From an uncultured Rhodobacterales bacterium (GTDB lineage Bacteria; Pseudomonadota; Alphaproteobacteria; Rhodobacterales; Rhodobacteraceae): DNA of 49,431 bases. The stretch is taken from the NCBI GenBank assembly GCA_964587905.1, contig CAZPOK010000001.1, positions 1-49,431 on the forward strand, given 5' to 3'. Below, in pieces: positions 1-8,193 of this stretch. Under the pieces are notes generated by a model. That model saw nothing but the letters and a program-made list of their open reading frames with translations, ran no database searches and had not been told where the DNA came from. The translations under genes were made by a program, and so were the position numbers. The first letter of the stretch is position 1; each line of letters opens with the position of its first letter.

Positions 1-256
1 CGACCTGGCACCATCCGCCCGGCGCGCAACCGAGATCAACGACCCGGGCGCCCGGCACCAGAAATCCGTATTTGTCGTCAAGCTCGGCGATCTTAAACGC
101 CGCGCGTCCTCGAAACCCCTCGGCCTTCGCCTTTCGAACATAAGGGTCGTTGAGCTGCCGCTCGAGCCAGCGCGTCGAGGACAGCTTGCGCCCGCGCGCC
201 GTCTTCACCTTGACCTTGAGTTCTCGCTGGCCGCGTCCGCTCGTCTTCTTTGTCAT
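1..256 (-). CDS. rlmE: 23S rRNA 2'-O-methyltransferase RlmE/FtsJ, first 85 codons; the gene runs off the left edge of the window
   Basis: Hand translation of the minus strand from ATG 256-254 gives [85 protein letters not shown]. It has the SSxxWLxxxxxDxYV N-terminus and the VVDLGxAPGGW SAM-binding motif of RlmE. It is absent from the ORF track because it is open at the edge. Confidence 0.85.
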   Translation of the reverse strand, partial: MTKKTSGRGQRELKVKVKTARGRKLSSTRWLERQLNDPYVRKAKAEGFRGRAAFKIAELDDKYGFLVPGARVVDLGCAPGGWCQV

Positions 257-265
257 GATACCCGC

Positions 266-1396
266 TCAGTACGGCCCGTCCTCGAGGACGCCGTCGGCCG
301 ACATCTGCGAGTAAAGCAGCCCCTCGCGCAACCCGCGGTCGGCGACGGACAGCCGGTCGGTGGGCCAGAGCCGCAAGAGCGCCTGCAGGATCGCCGCGCC
401 CGACATGATCAGCGTGTGCCGGTCCCGGCCGATCCGCGGATCGGTGCGCCGCCCCTCGGGGCCGAGCGTCAGGTAGTCCCGGATCACCCGGTCTATCTGA
501 TCGGAGGTCATCCGCAGGCCGTCGACCTTGCCGCGATCGTAGCGCTTCAGCCCGAGGTGGCTGGCGGCGACGGTCGTCACCGTCCCGCTCGTCCCGATGA
601 TCTGGAAACCTTCGCGCTCCTGCTCCGAGGCGTAGGGCGCGAAGGTGGCCAGATTCTCCTCGAAGAACCAGCTCATCAGCGCGAACTGCGCCGCGTCGTC
701 GGTCACGTCGCGGAACTGCTCGCGCAGCGTCGCCACGCCGAGGGGCACCGAAATCCAGTCGACGACGCGCGCCGCGGGGAACGGGCTCGCGTCCGGCGTG
801 AACCCGGTCCGGAGCCGCATGATCGCCTTCGGTCGCTCGATCCACGGCACGCGCGTGAGGTCGATCCAGACAAGCTCGGTCGAGCCGCCGCCGATGTCGA
901 CGACGAGCAGCTGCTCGGTCCGGGTCGAGACGAGCGGCGCGCAGGAGATGACGGCGAGCCGCGCCTCCTCTTCGGGCGCGATGATCTCGAGCGCGAGACC
1001 CGTCTCCTGCTTGACGAGCGAGATGAAGTCGCGCGCGTTCGACGCCCGCCGGCAGGCCTCGGTCGCGATAAGCCGCATCCGTTTTACATTGTGCTTGCGG
1101 ATCTTGCGCTCGCAGATGCGCAACGCCTGCGCCGTTCGCGCCATCGCGGCGCGCGACAGCCGTCCCGACGTCTCGAGGCCAAGCCCAAGCTGGACGGACT
1201 TCGAGAAGCTGTCGACCACGTGGAACTGGTTGCCCTTCGGCTGGGCAATCAGCATCCGGCAACTGTTGGTGCCGAGATCCAGTGCCGCGTAAAGATCGGC
1301 GGGATCCGGCTGCGGCGGCGCGGGGGTGTCGACCGGGATCGGGAACGCGCCCACGCCGTCGGGACGCTTGGGCGGCATGTCGCCCTCCGGTATCAT
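266..1396 (-). CDS. Ppx/GppA-family phosphatase (short exopolyphosphatase-type)
   Basis: 376-aa track ORF. DLGTNSCRMLIA and VVDIGGGSTELV are the ASKHA-fold phosphate-binding motifs of the Ppx/GppA family. The stop lies 9 nt before the rlmE start on the same strand. The start could instead be the internal Met at MPPKRPDG. Confidence 0.85.
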   Translation of the reverse strand: MIPEGDMPPKRPDGVGAFPIPVDTPAPPQPDPADLYAALDLGTNSCRMLIAQPKGNQFHVVDSFSKSVQLGLGLETSGRLSRAAMARTAQALRICERKIRKHNVKRMRLIATEACRRASNARDFISLVKQETGLALEIIAPEEEARLAVISCAPLVSTRTEQLLVVDIGGGSTELVWIDLTRVPWIERPKAIMRLRTGFTPDASPFPAARVVDWISVPLGVATLREQFRDVTDDAAQFALMSWFFEENLATFAPYASEQEREGFQIIGTSGTVTTVAASHLGLKRYDRGKVDGLRMTSDQIDRVIRDYLTLGPEGRRTDPRIGRDRHTLIMSGAAILQALLRLWPTDRLSVADRGLREGLLYSQMSADGVLEDGPY

Positions 1397-1453
1397 GTTG
1401 TGACAAACGTATGACCAACCCCCCGTTGGCGCAAGTGCCGATCCCCCATGGCT

Positions 1454-1468
1454 TCAAGATGATCTTGA
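1454..1468. promoter_or_regulatory. Perfect 7-1-7 palindrome TCAAGAT-G-ATCTTGA, a candidate transcription-factor site
   Basis: Read directly in the 224-bp divergent spacer between ppx (minus) and the methyl-transfer cluster (plus). The flanks extend it to 19 nt with one mismatch pair. The regulator is unknown. Confidence 0.35.
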
Positions 1469-1620
1469 GGATTATTCCGATGCCGCACGGTGGTCACGGG
1501 GCCACGCGGCGGGCTAGATCGTGACGGCACGTCGCTCCGCGCGGCCCGAATGTCGAAAACGCACCCGGGCGGTGTCCGGCCGACGCGTAGAAGCGGATCA
1601 ATTCGGCGGAGAATCGGATC

Positions 1621-1917
1621 ATGCCCGACGTCACCATCGTCTACTGGCGGGACATCCCCGCCCAGGTCATCGTCGGCAAGGGCCGGCGGGGCTCGAAGAT
1701 GCCCCTGCCCGAAAGGTTCGAGCAGGCCATCGACCGGGCCGCGATGAAGGTGGGCGCGGCGGAGACCGATGCCTATCTCGCCGAATGGCGGAAGGCCGCA
1801 CCCTACGAGGTGGCGGGAGAGCCGGACGAGATCGCCCGCGCGGAAGCCGCGCGGATCGATGCCGAATACGACGCCGGGCGCCTCAGGGCGCTCATCGACA
1901 ACGACGGCTGGGCGTGA
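1621..1917 (+). CDS. Small soluble protein of unknown function, co-oriented with and 26 nt upstream of the metF-like gene
   Basis: 98-aa ORF with an SD-like GGAGA upstream of the ATG. It is charged and has no TM segment. From memory it resembles the small proteins auto-annotated as virulence-factor-domain proteins next to metF in alphaproteobacteria; this is unverified. Confidence 0.6.
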   Translation: MPDVTIVYWRDIPAQVIVGKGRRGSKMPLPERFEQAIDRAAMKVGAAETDAYLAEWRKAAPYEVAGEPDEIARAEAARIDAEYDAGRLRALIDNDGWA

Positions 1918-1943
1918 CGCCCAGGACCTTTTGGGAGGCCGCG

Positions 1944-2861
1944 ATGGCGCTGTTGAACTTCAGGCGGAAAGAGACCGCACACCCCGGCGCGCCGGACATC
2001 TCCGGACTCCTCGACGGCTTCTCGATCGAGGTGATGCCGCGCACCGCCGAGAAGATCGATGACTTCCGCGAGATCCTGCCGGCCGGAACCCGCGTCTACA
2101 TCGCCCATATCGACGGCACGCCGATCGAAGACATGGTCGCGACGGCGTCGAGGATCGCGGGCGAGGGCTTCCCCGTGATGCCGCATTTCCCCGCGCGGAT
2201 CATTCCCGACCGGGCGACGCTCGCCGACTGGATCGCCCGCTACCGGGGCGAGGCCGGCGTCGATCAGGCCCTGCTTCTGGGCGGCGGCGTCCCCGAGCCC
2301 CACGGCGACTTCCACTGCTCGATGCAGCTCATCGAGACAGGCCTGTTCGACGGCTTCGACCGCCTCCATGTCGCGGGTCATCCCGAAGGCAACCGCGACA
2401 TCGATCCCGACGGATCCGACCGCAACGTGATGGAGGCGCTGCGCTGGAAGCAGGCCTTCGCCGAGCGGACCGACGCGACGATGGCCATGGCGACCCAGTT
2501 CGCCTTCGAGGCCGAGCCGGTGATCGCCTGGGCCGAGCGTCTGAGGTCCGAGGGCATCTCGCTGCCGATCCACATCGGCGTGGCGGGCCCGGCCAAGCTC
2601 CAGACGCTCATCAAGTTCGCGGTCGCCTGCGGCGTCGGGCCGTCGCTGCGCGTGCTCCAGAAGCGCGCCATGGACGTGACCAAGCTCGTGCTGCCCTACG
2701 AGCCCACTGATTTCGTCGCCGACCTCGCCGCCCACAGGGCCGCGACCCCGGCGAGCCTCATCGAACAGGTCCACCTCTTCCCCCTCGGCGGCATCAAGAC
2801 CGGCGCCGCCTGGGCCACAGAACACGGGCGCGTCGCGCCTGTCGCGCGCAACGTCATCTGA
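1944..2861 (+). CDS. metF: Methylenetetrahydrofolate reductase family protein (MetF-like)
   Basis: I chose ATG 1944 (GGGAGG 5 nt upstream) inside track ORF 1521..2861, giving 305 aa. FSIEVMPRT, LLLGGG, HVAGHPEG, ATQFAFE and IHIGVAGP occur in the order expected for the MTHFR TIM barrel. Confidence 0.8.
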   Translation: MALLNFRRKETAHPGAPDISGLLDGFSIEVMPRTAEKIDDFREILPAGTRVYIAHIDGTPIEDMVATASRIAGEGFPVMPHFPARIIPDRATLADWIARYRGEAGVDQALLLGGGVPEPHGDFHCSMQLIETGLFDGFDRLHVAGHPEGNRDIDPDGSDRNVMEALRWKQAFAERTDATMAMATQFAFEAEPVIAWAERLRSEGISLPIHIGVAGPAKLQTLIKFAVACGVGPSLRVLQKRAMDVTKLVLPYEPTDFVADLAAHRAATPASLIEQVHLFPLGGIKTGAAWATEHGRVAPVARNVI

Positions 2862-2871
2862 AGGATCACGA

Positions 2872-3861
2872 ATGACCCGCACCGTCCTCGAGTCCAAATC
2901 CAAGACCATCGTCATCGGCTTCGACGAACCGTTCTGCGTCATCGGCGAGCGGATCAATCCCACTGGCCGCAAGAAGCTCGCCGCGGAACTCGAGGCCGGT
3001 GACTTCACCACGGTCGAGAAGGACGCGCTCGAACAGGTCGCCTGCGGCGCGATGGTGCTCGACGTGAACTCGGGCGCGGTCTTCACCAACAAGATGGCCG
3101 AGGATCCGCGCTACGCCGACAACAACTTCGTCGAGCCGCCGCTGATGCGCGAACTCATCGCCCGCGTCCAGGCGCTCGTCGACGTGCCGCTGTGCATCGA
3201 TTCCTCTGTCCCCGAGGCGCTTCAGGCCGGCCTCGAGGCCGCCGAGGGCCGTCCGCTGCTGAACTCCGTCACCGGCGAGGAGGAACGGCTCGACGTCGTC
3301 CTGCCGCTCGTCAAGAAGTACAACGTGCCCGTCGTCGCGATCTCCAACGACGACACCGGCATCTCCGAAGACCCGGAGGTGCGTTTCGCGGTGGCGAAGA
3401 AGATCGTCGAGCGCGCGGCCGACTTCGGCATCCCGGCGCACGACATCGTCGTCGACCCGCTCGTGATGCCGGTGGGCGCGATGGCGAGCGCGGGCCAGCA
3501 GGTCTTCACCCTTGTTCGACGCCTGCGCGACGAACTGGGCGTCAACACCACCTGCGGCGCGTCGAACGTGTCCTTCGGCCTGCCGAACCGCCACGGCATC
3601 AACGCCGCTTTCCTGCCGATGGCGATCGGCGCCGGCATGACGTCGGCCATCATGAACCCGGTCCGTCAGGTCGAGATGGAGGCGATCAAGGCCGCCAACT
3701 TCCTGATGAACCACGACCCCAACGGCGGCGAATGGATCCGGTTCTCGCGCGTCCTCGACGCCGTCGCGGCGGGCAAGACCTTCCCCGAAGCCGCAGCCGA
3801 AGCGGCCGCCGGCCGCACGGGCCGGGGCGGCCGGGAGGGACGCCGCCGGCGCGCGGGCTGA
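2872..3861 (+). CDS. Pterin-binding methyltetrahydrofolate:corrinoid methyltransferase (MetH pterin module / AcsE / MtrH-like)
   Basis: 329 aa. It has an IGERINPTGRKK motif (compare MetH GERxNxTGS) and DHPS-like barrel features (LCIDSS, NSV, GASNVSFG). It starts 10 nt after the metF-like gene. It ends in the Arg-rich tail GRTGRGGREGRRRRAG. Confidence 0.8.
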   Translation: MTRTVLESKSKTIVIGFDEPFCVIGERINPTGRKKLAAELEAGDFTTVEKDALEQVACGAMVLDVNSGAVFTNKMAEDPRYADNNFVEPPLMRELIARVQALVDVPLCIDSSVPEALQAGLEAAEGRPLLNSVTGEEERLDVVLPLVKKYNVPVVAISNDDTGISEDPEVRFAVAKKIVERAADFGIPAHDIVVDPLVMPVGAMASAGQQVFTLVRRLRDELGVNTTCGASNVSFGLPNRHGINAAFLPMAIGAGMTSAIMNPVRQVEMEAIKAANFLMNHDPNGGEWIRFSRVLDAVAAGKTFPEAAAEAAAGRTGRGGREGRRRRAG

Positions 3862-3907
3862 GCGGTCGCACAGGCCGCGGCCAGACGATCGCTTGGGCCC
3901 CTGCCGA

Positions 3908-4168
3908 TCAGTCCCGCGACACGAGCCAGTGCAGCGGCAGCAGGCAGAGGAGATAGACCGTCGCCGCCGGCAGGCCCAGCACGAGCCACATCGCCGCCAT
4001 CGAGGCGTTCGTCAGGATGCCGATCACGAAGACGGCCAGCGCCGCCAGCATGGCGATCACCGGCACCGTCGCCGCCAGGCGCCACTTGTCCCGCATCCGC
4101 CGGAGCGCGGACCACTGCAGCGCCAGATAGGCGACCGGAGTCAACAGAAGCAGGGTTTCGATCTGCAT
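3908..4168 (-). CDS. Small hydrophobic membrane protein, unknown family
   Basis: Track ORF 3908..4195 starts at GTG. I prefer ATG 4168 (MQIETLLLLTPVAYLAL...), giving 86 aa with 2-3 predicted TM helices. It lies on the opposite strand to the flanking methyl-transfer genes. The SD is weak, so coding status is uncertain. Confidence 0.45.
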   Translation of the reverse strand: MQIETLLLLTPVAYLALQWSALRRMRDKWRLAATVPVIAMLAALAVFVIGILTNASMAAMWLVLGLPAATVYLLCLLPLHWLVSRD

Positions 4169-4331
4169 GGCACACCCCGTGAAACTCGCCACCACCCGTT
4201 ACGGCTAAACGGCCTTCATGGCATCCGTCTGGTCGCGTCGTGACGTTTTGAGGCAGTTCGCCGCCGCTTTGCGGATGTCACCGGCAAAATCCCGCGTTAT
4301 GTAGTGACGCCAAGGCAACAAGGGCAGGAAA

Positions 4332-6368
4332 ATGAGCACCGATCCTCTGGTGATTTTCACGCCGTCGGGAAAGCGGGGACGGTTCCCCGCGGGAACCCCC
4401 GTGCTCACCGCCGCGCGGCAACTCGGCGTTGATCTCGATTCGGTCTGCGGCGGCCGGGGCATCTGCTCGAAATGTCAGGTGACGCCCGGCTACGGCGAGT
4501 TCTCCAAGCATGGCGTGACGGTGCGCGAGGGCGCGCTCAGCGACTGGAACGCCGTCGAGGAGCGCTACGACCGGAAACGCGGCCTCAAGGACGGCCGCAG
4601 ACTCGGCTGCCAGGCGACGATCCGGAGTGACGTGGTCATCGACGTACCGCCCGAGAGCCAGGTTCACAAGCAGGTCGTCCGCAAGGAGGCCGACGCCCGC
4701 CCGATGGTCATGGACCCCGCGACGCGGCTGTTCTACGTCGAGGTCACGGAGCCCGACATGCACGAGCCGTCCGGCGACTTCGAGCGGCTCGCCAAGGCGC
4801 TTGCCGAACAATGGCAGATCGACGGCGTCGATGCCCCGCTTCCTGTCCTGCAGGCCCTCCAGCCCGCGCTCCGCAAGGGCAACTGGACGGTGACGGTGGC
4901 CCTCCACAAGGGTCACCGGGACGCCCGCCACCGGCTGATCGACGTCTGGCCAGGGTTCTGGGAGGGGCGCCTCTACGGCCTCGCGATCGACCTGGGATCG
5001 ACGACCATCGCCGCCCACCTGACCGATCTCAGGAACGGCGCCGTGCTCGCCTCGGCGGGCGCGATGAACCCGCAGATCCGCTTTGGCGAGGATCTGATGA
5101 GCCGCGTGTCCTACGCGATGATGAACCCCGGCGGCGCGGCCGACATGACGCGGGCGGTCCGCGCAGCGCTCGATGCGCTCGCCACGTCGCTGGCCGAAGA
5201 GGCCGGCCTCGAGCCGCGCCAGATCGTCGAGACGGTCTTCGTCTGCAACCCGGTGATGCACCACCTCCTGCTCGGCATCGACCCGGTGGAACTGGGCCAG
5301 GCGCCCTTCGCGCTCGCCACCTCCGGCCCGCTCGACCTCGCGGCGGCCGAGCTCGATCTCGACGCCATCAATCCCGCCGCCCGGACCTACGTGCTGCCCT
5401 GCATCGCGGGTCACGTGGGCGCCGACGCCGCCGCCGTGGCGCTCGCCGAGGAGCCCGACCGCTCGAAGGATCTCGTCCTCGTCGTCGACGTCGGCACCAA
5501 CGCCGAGATCCTCCTGGGCGACGAGAGCCGCGTGCTGGCCTGCTCGTCCCCCACCGGCCCTGCCTTCGAGGGCGCGCAGATCTCCTCCGGCCAGCGCGCC
5601 GCGCCCGGCGCGATCGAGCGGGTGGAGATCGACCCGGAGACGAAGGAGCCCCGCTTCAAGGTCATCGGCTGCGACCTCTGGTCCGACGAGCCCGCCTTCG
5701 CCGAGGCCACCGCCGCGACGGGCATCACCGGCATCTGCGGGTCGGGCATCATCGAGGCGGTGGCCGAATTGCGCCTCGCGGGGCTTCTCGACAAGGCGGG
5801 TCTGATGGGCTCGGCCGGACAGACCGGCACGCCGCGGATGATCCCCGAGGGTCGGACGCATTCCTACGTCCTCCACGACGGCCGCGCCGACGACGGACCG
5901 CTCGTCACCGTCACGCAGGGCGACATCCGAGCGATCCAGCTCGCCAAATCGGCGCTCTACGCCGGCGCGCGCCTCCTCATGGACGAGATGGGCGTGGACA
6001 AGGTCGACCGCGTCGTGCTCGCCGGCGCCTTCGGCGCGCATATCTCGCCCCGGCACGCGATGGTGCTCGGCATGATCCCCGACGCGCCGCTCGACAAGGT
6101 GACCTCCGCTGGAAACGCCGCCGGCACGGGCGCACGGGTCGCGCTCTGCGACATCGGCGCCCGCGCCCGCGTCGAAGACCTCGTTGGCCGCATCCACAAG
6201 GTCGAGACCGCCATCGAGCCGCGCTTTCAGGAGCATTTCGTGGCCGCCAATGCAATCCCGCACGCGACCGCGCCGTTCCCCGAGCTCCGGAGCGTCGTCA
6301 CGATCCCCGAGACCGCCTTCGGCGCCGGCTCCGAGGACGGCGGCCGCAGGCGCCGGCGGCGGGCATGA
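4332..6368 (+). CDS. RACo/RamA-like reductive activator of corrinoid proteins (2Fe-2S ferredoxin + ASKHA ATPase, DUF4445-type)
   Basis: 678 aa. The N-terminus carries plant-type 2Fe-2S cysteines (CGGRGICSKCQV). Actin-fold ATPase motifs follow (AIDLGSTTIAAHL, VVDVGTNAEILLG, GICGSGIIE). AGGAAA precedes the ATG. It ends in GGRRRRRRA. Confidence 0.8.
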   Translation: MSTDPLVIFTPSGKRGRFPAGTPVLTAARQLGVDLDSVCGGRGICSKCQVTPGYGEFSKHGVTVREGALSDWNAVEERYDRKRGLKDGRRLGCQATIRSDVVIDVPPESQVHKQVVRKEADARPMVMDPATRLFYVEVTEPDMHEPSGDFERLAKALAEQWQIDGVDAPLPVLQALQPALRKGNWTVTVALHKGHRDARHRLIDVWPGFWEGRLYGLAIDLGSTTIAAHLTDLRNGAVLASAGAMNPQIRFGEDLMSRVSYAMMNPGGAADMTRAVRAALDALATSLAEEAGLEPRQIVETVFVCNPVMHHLLLGIDPVELGQAPFALATSGPLDLAAAELDLDAINPAARTYVLPCIAGHVGADAAAVALAEEPDRSKDLVLVVDVGTNAEILLGDESRVLACSSPTGPAFEGAQISSGQRAAPGAIERVEIDPETKEPRFKVIGCDLWSDEPAFAEATAATGITGICGSGIIEAVAELRLAGLLDKAGLMGSAGQTGTPRMIPEGRTHSYVLHDGRADDGPLVTVTQGDIRAIQLAKSALYAGARLLMDEMGVDKVDRVVLAGAFGAHISPRHAMVLGMIPDAPLDKVTSAGNAAGTGARVALCDIGARARVEDLVGRIHKVETAIEPRFQEHFVAANAIPHATAPFPELRSVVTIPETAFGAGSEDGGRRRRRRA

Positions 6369-6416
6369 CGGCGCTTGACGCAAACGCGGGTCTCCCTTAC
6401 CTCGCATCGGAGGGCC

Positions 6417-6490
6417 GCGGGTGTAGCTCAATGGTAGAGCAGCAGCTTCCCAAGCTGACGACGAGGGTTCGATTCCCTTCACCCGCTCCA
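6417..6490 (+). tRNA. tRNA-Gly (anticodon CCC)
   Basis: GCGGGTGTAGCTCAATGGTAGAGCAGCAGCTTCCCAAGCTGACGACGAGGGTTCGATTCCCTTCACCCGCTCCA. The 7-bp acceptor stem is GCGGGTG/CACCCGC. The D arm is GCTC..GAGC, the anticodon loop is TT-CCC-AA, the T loop is TTCGATT, and CCA is encoded. Confidence 0.9.
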
Positions 6491-6558
6491 CGACGCCATT
6501 GTCCCCGCACGTGATCGATGGTCGTGAGAGTCCCGCGGTCACTATCGTGTGCAGCGCC

Positions 6559-8193
6559 TCACATCAGCAGGACGAAGAAGACCACCACGAGGATCGGAAG
6601 AAGCGCACCGCTCACCGGCCACCGAATGAGGATGCGTTCCGCTCCCGCGATCGCGCGCGGCACGGCGCTGAGGACGCGGTCGCCTCTCCCGAGCGGCACC
6701 CGATCGGGCAGTGCGACCGAAACCGGGTGCCAGGCCGGCAGGAGAAGCAGCAGGTCGCCCGGCGGGATCGCGGACGGGCTCCGGCGCAGCAACGCGAGCG
6801 CGAAGGGCAGCGCGACGGCCACCGGCCACGTGGCATCGACGATCGACGTCGCCGCGAGCGGATAGCCGGCCTGGCGGCCGGTCCACTCCGTCCAGAGGAG
6901 CCAGGGGCTGGCAACCGCGAGGGCCCCGGCAAGAGCCGGTAGCGCGAGGCGACGCGGAAATCCCGCCGATGGAGCGCGCGATGCCGTGAGCAGCCAGAGG
7001 CGACGGAGAAACCAGACGAGGATCAGGCTCGTGACGACGGAGCTCAGGCTGACCGCCAGCACAACCGCGTCCGTCAACCCCGGTTTCACGGCAGCTTTGG
7101 CGAGCGCGCCTCCTGTGATGGGAAATCCGGCGACCGACGCGGCGACCGCCGCGGCAACGCCGAGGCAGAGCACGCGGTGGCGCGTGGTCCCTGCCGCGAG
7201 CATGACGCCGACGAGGAGAAACAGCGCGCCTTTGGCGAACCCGTGGTGCAGCGCGTAGAACGGCGCCATCTCGCGCGCCGCGCCTCCCGCGCCTATGAAC
7301 ATCACCATGAGACCCATCTGGCTTATCGTGGAATAGGCGAGGACGGCCTTCGGGTTCGCCTGGGTCAGGCCCCAGAGTGCCGCGCCGAAGGCGCCCAGAA
7401 GCCCGAATGCCATCAGGAACGCACCGAAGGCTTCCTCCGGCAGGAACAGGATCAGTCCGAACAGCCCCGCCTTCACGATCGCGCCCGACAGCGCAGCGGA
7501 GGCCGGCACCGGCGCGGCGGGATGGGCGAGCGGAAGCCAGACGTGCAGCGGCACGAGACCCGCCTTGATCCCGAAGCCCGCGACGAGAAGCGCGACGGCG
7601 ACGGGACCCGCGCCGGACGAGCCGATAGCCTCGCGGACGGCGGCGATGTCCACGCCACCGGCCGCGGCGACCCCGATCAGAAGACCGAGGAGAAGGAAGA
7701 CCTCGCCGGCGATCGCGATCACGATGTAGACGCGTCCCGCCCGCAGGGCCGTTCCGGTCCGGTCGTGGACGATGAGAAACCACGCCGCGAGCGAGACCGC
7801 AGCGAAGGCCACGTAGAAGGTGACCACGTCGAGGGCGAGGAACACCCCGAGGTTCCCGGACAATGTCACGCACCAGAACCCCGAGAAGATCGCCATATGG
7901 GGCTTTCCCGCCATCGGCTGCGCGGCCAGTCCCGTGATGAGCCAAAGCGCCGCGGTCATCCCGAGGAGCAGACGCCGCGCGCCGTCGAGCCCGAGCGTCA
8001 CCCCGAGCAGGAGATCGGGCGCCGTCGTCACGTCCTCGACTCCGGTGACGGCGAGCCAGAGCGCAGGAAGCGGTGCCAGGGGCAGCAGGCGCGCCGCACT
8101 GCCCCGCAGAACCGGCAGGGCCGTCAGCGCGGCAAGAAGCAGCGGCCAGACGAGCGCCACCAGAGGCAGAAGCGGCCCGGTCCAGAGCGTCAT
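6559..8193 (-). CDS. Third proton-antiporter-like subunit (MrpD/NuoL-M-N family) with a ~140-aa C-terminal extension
   Basis: Start ATG 8193 (MTLWTGPLLPL...) overlaps the upstream stop as ATGA. The track ORF 6559..9810 is a read-through artefact. 544 aa, polytopic. It has the family signature region GIKAGLVPLHVWLPLAHPAAPVPASA and LAYSTISQMG. Confidence 0.8.
   Translation of the reverse strand: MTLWTGPLLPLVALVWPLLLAALTALPVLRGSAARLLPLAPLPALWLAVTGVEDVTTAPDLLLGVTLGLDGARRLLLGMTAALWLITGLAAQPMAGKPHMAIFSGFWCVTLSGNLGVFLALDVVTFYVAFAAVSLAAWFLIVHDRTGTALRAGRVYIVIAIAGEVFLLLGLLIGVAAAGGVDIAAVREAIGSSGAGPVAVALLVAGFGIKAGLVPLHVWLPLAHPAAPVPASAALSGAIVKAGLFGLILFLPEEAFGAFLMAFGLLGAFGAALWGLTQANPKAVLAYSTISQMGLMVMFIGAGGAAREMAPFYALHHGFAKGALFLLVGVMLAAGTTRHRVLCLGVAAAVAASVAGFPITGGALAKAAVKPGLTDAVVLAVSLSSVVTSLILVWFLRRLWLLTASRAPSAGFPRRLALPALAGALAVASPWLLWTEWTGRQAGYPLAATSIVDATWPVAVALPFALALLRRSPSAIPPGDLLLLLPAWHPVSVALPDRVPLGRGDRVLSAVPRAIAGAERILIRWPVSGALLPILVVVFFVLLM

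Noticed and set aside
1397-1620. Possible cobalamin or SAM riboswitch upstream of the methyl-transfer cluster
   Set aside because: I found no B12-box-like element (no GCCACTG-type core or AGCCAGGAGACCTGCC-like segment) and no SAM-II-like AAAGCU pseudoknot motif by eye. Only short, unconvincing hairpins are present. A covariance-model scan would be needed to exclude one fully.
4278-6542. 754-aa minus-strand ORF covering the whole RACo-like gene
   Set aside because: It is antisense to a gene with clear 2Fe-2S and ASKHA motifs. Its composition is dominated by Arg, Gly, Ala and Asp, as expected for a wrong frame of high-GC DNA. It has no SD and no recognisable motif.
6417-6560. tRNA-Gly as the attachment site of a genomic island carrying the mrp-like module
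   Set aside because: There is no integrase and no recognisable direct repeat of the tRNA 3' end elsewhere in the window. The mrp-like genes have the same high GC as core genes.
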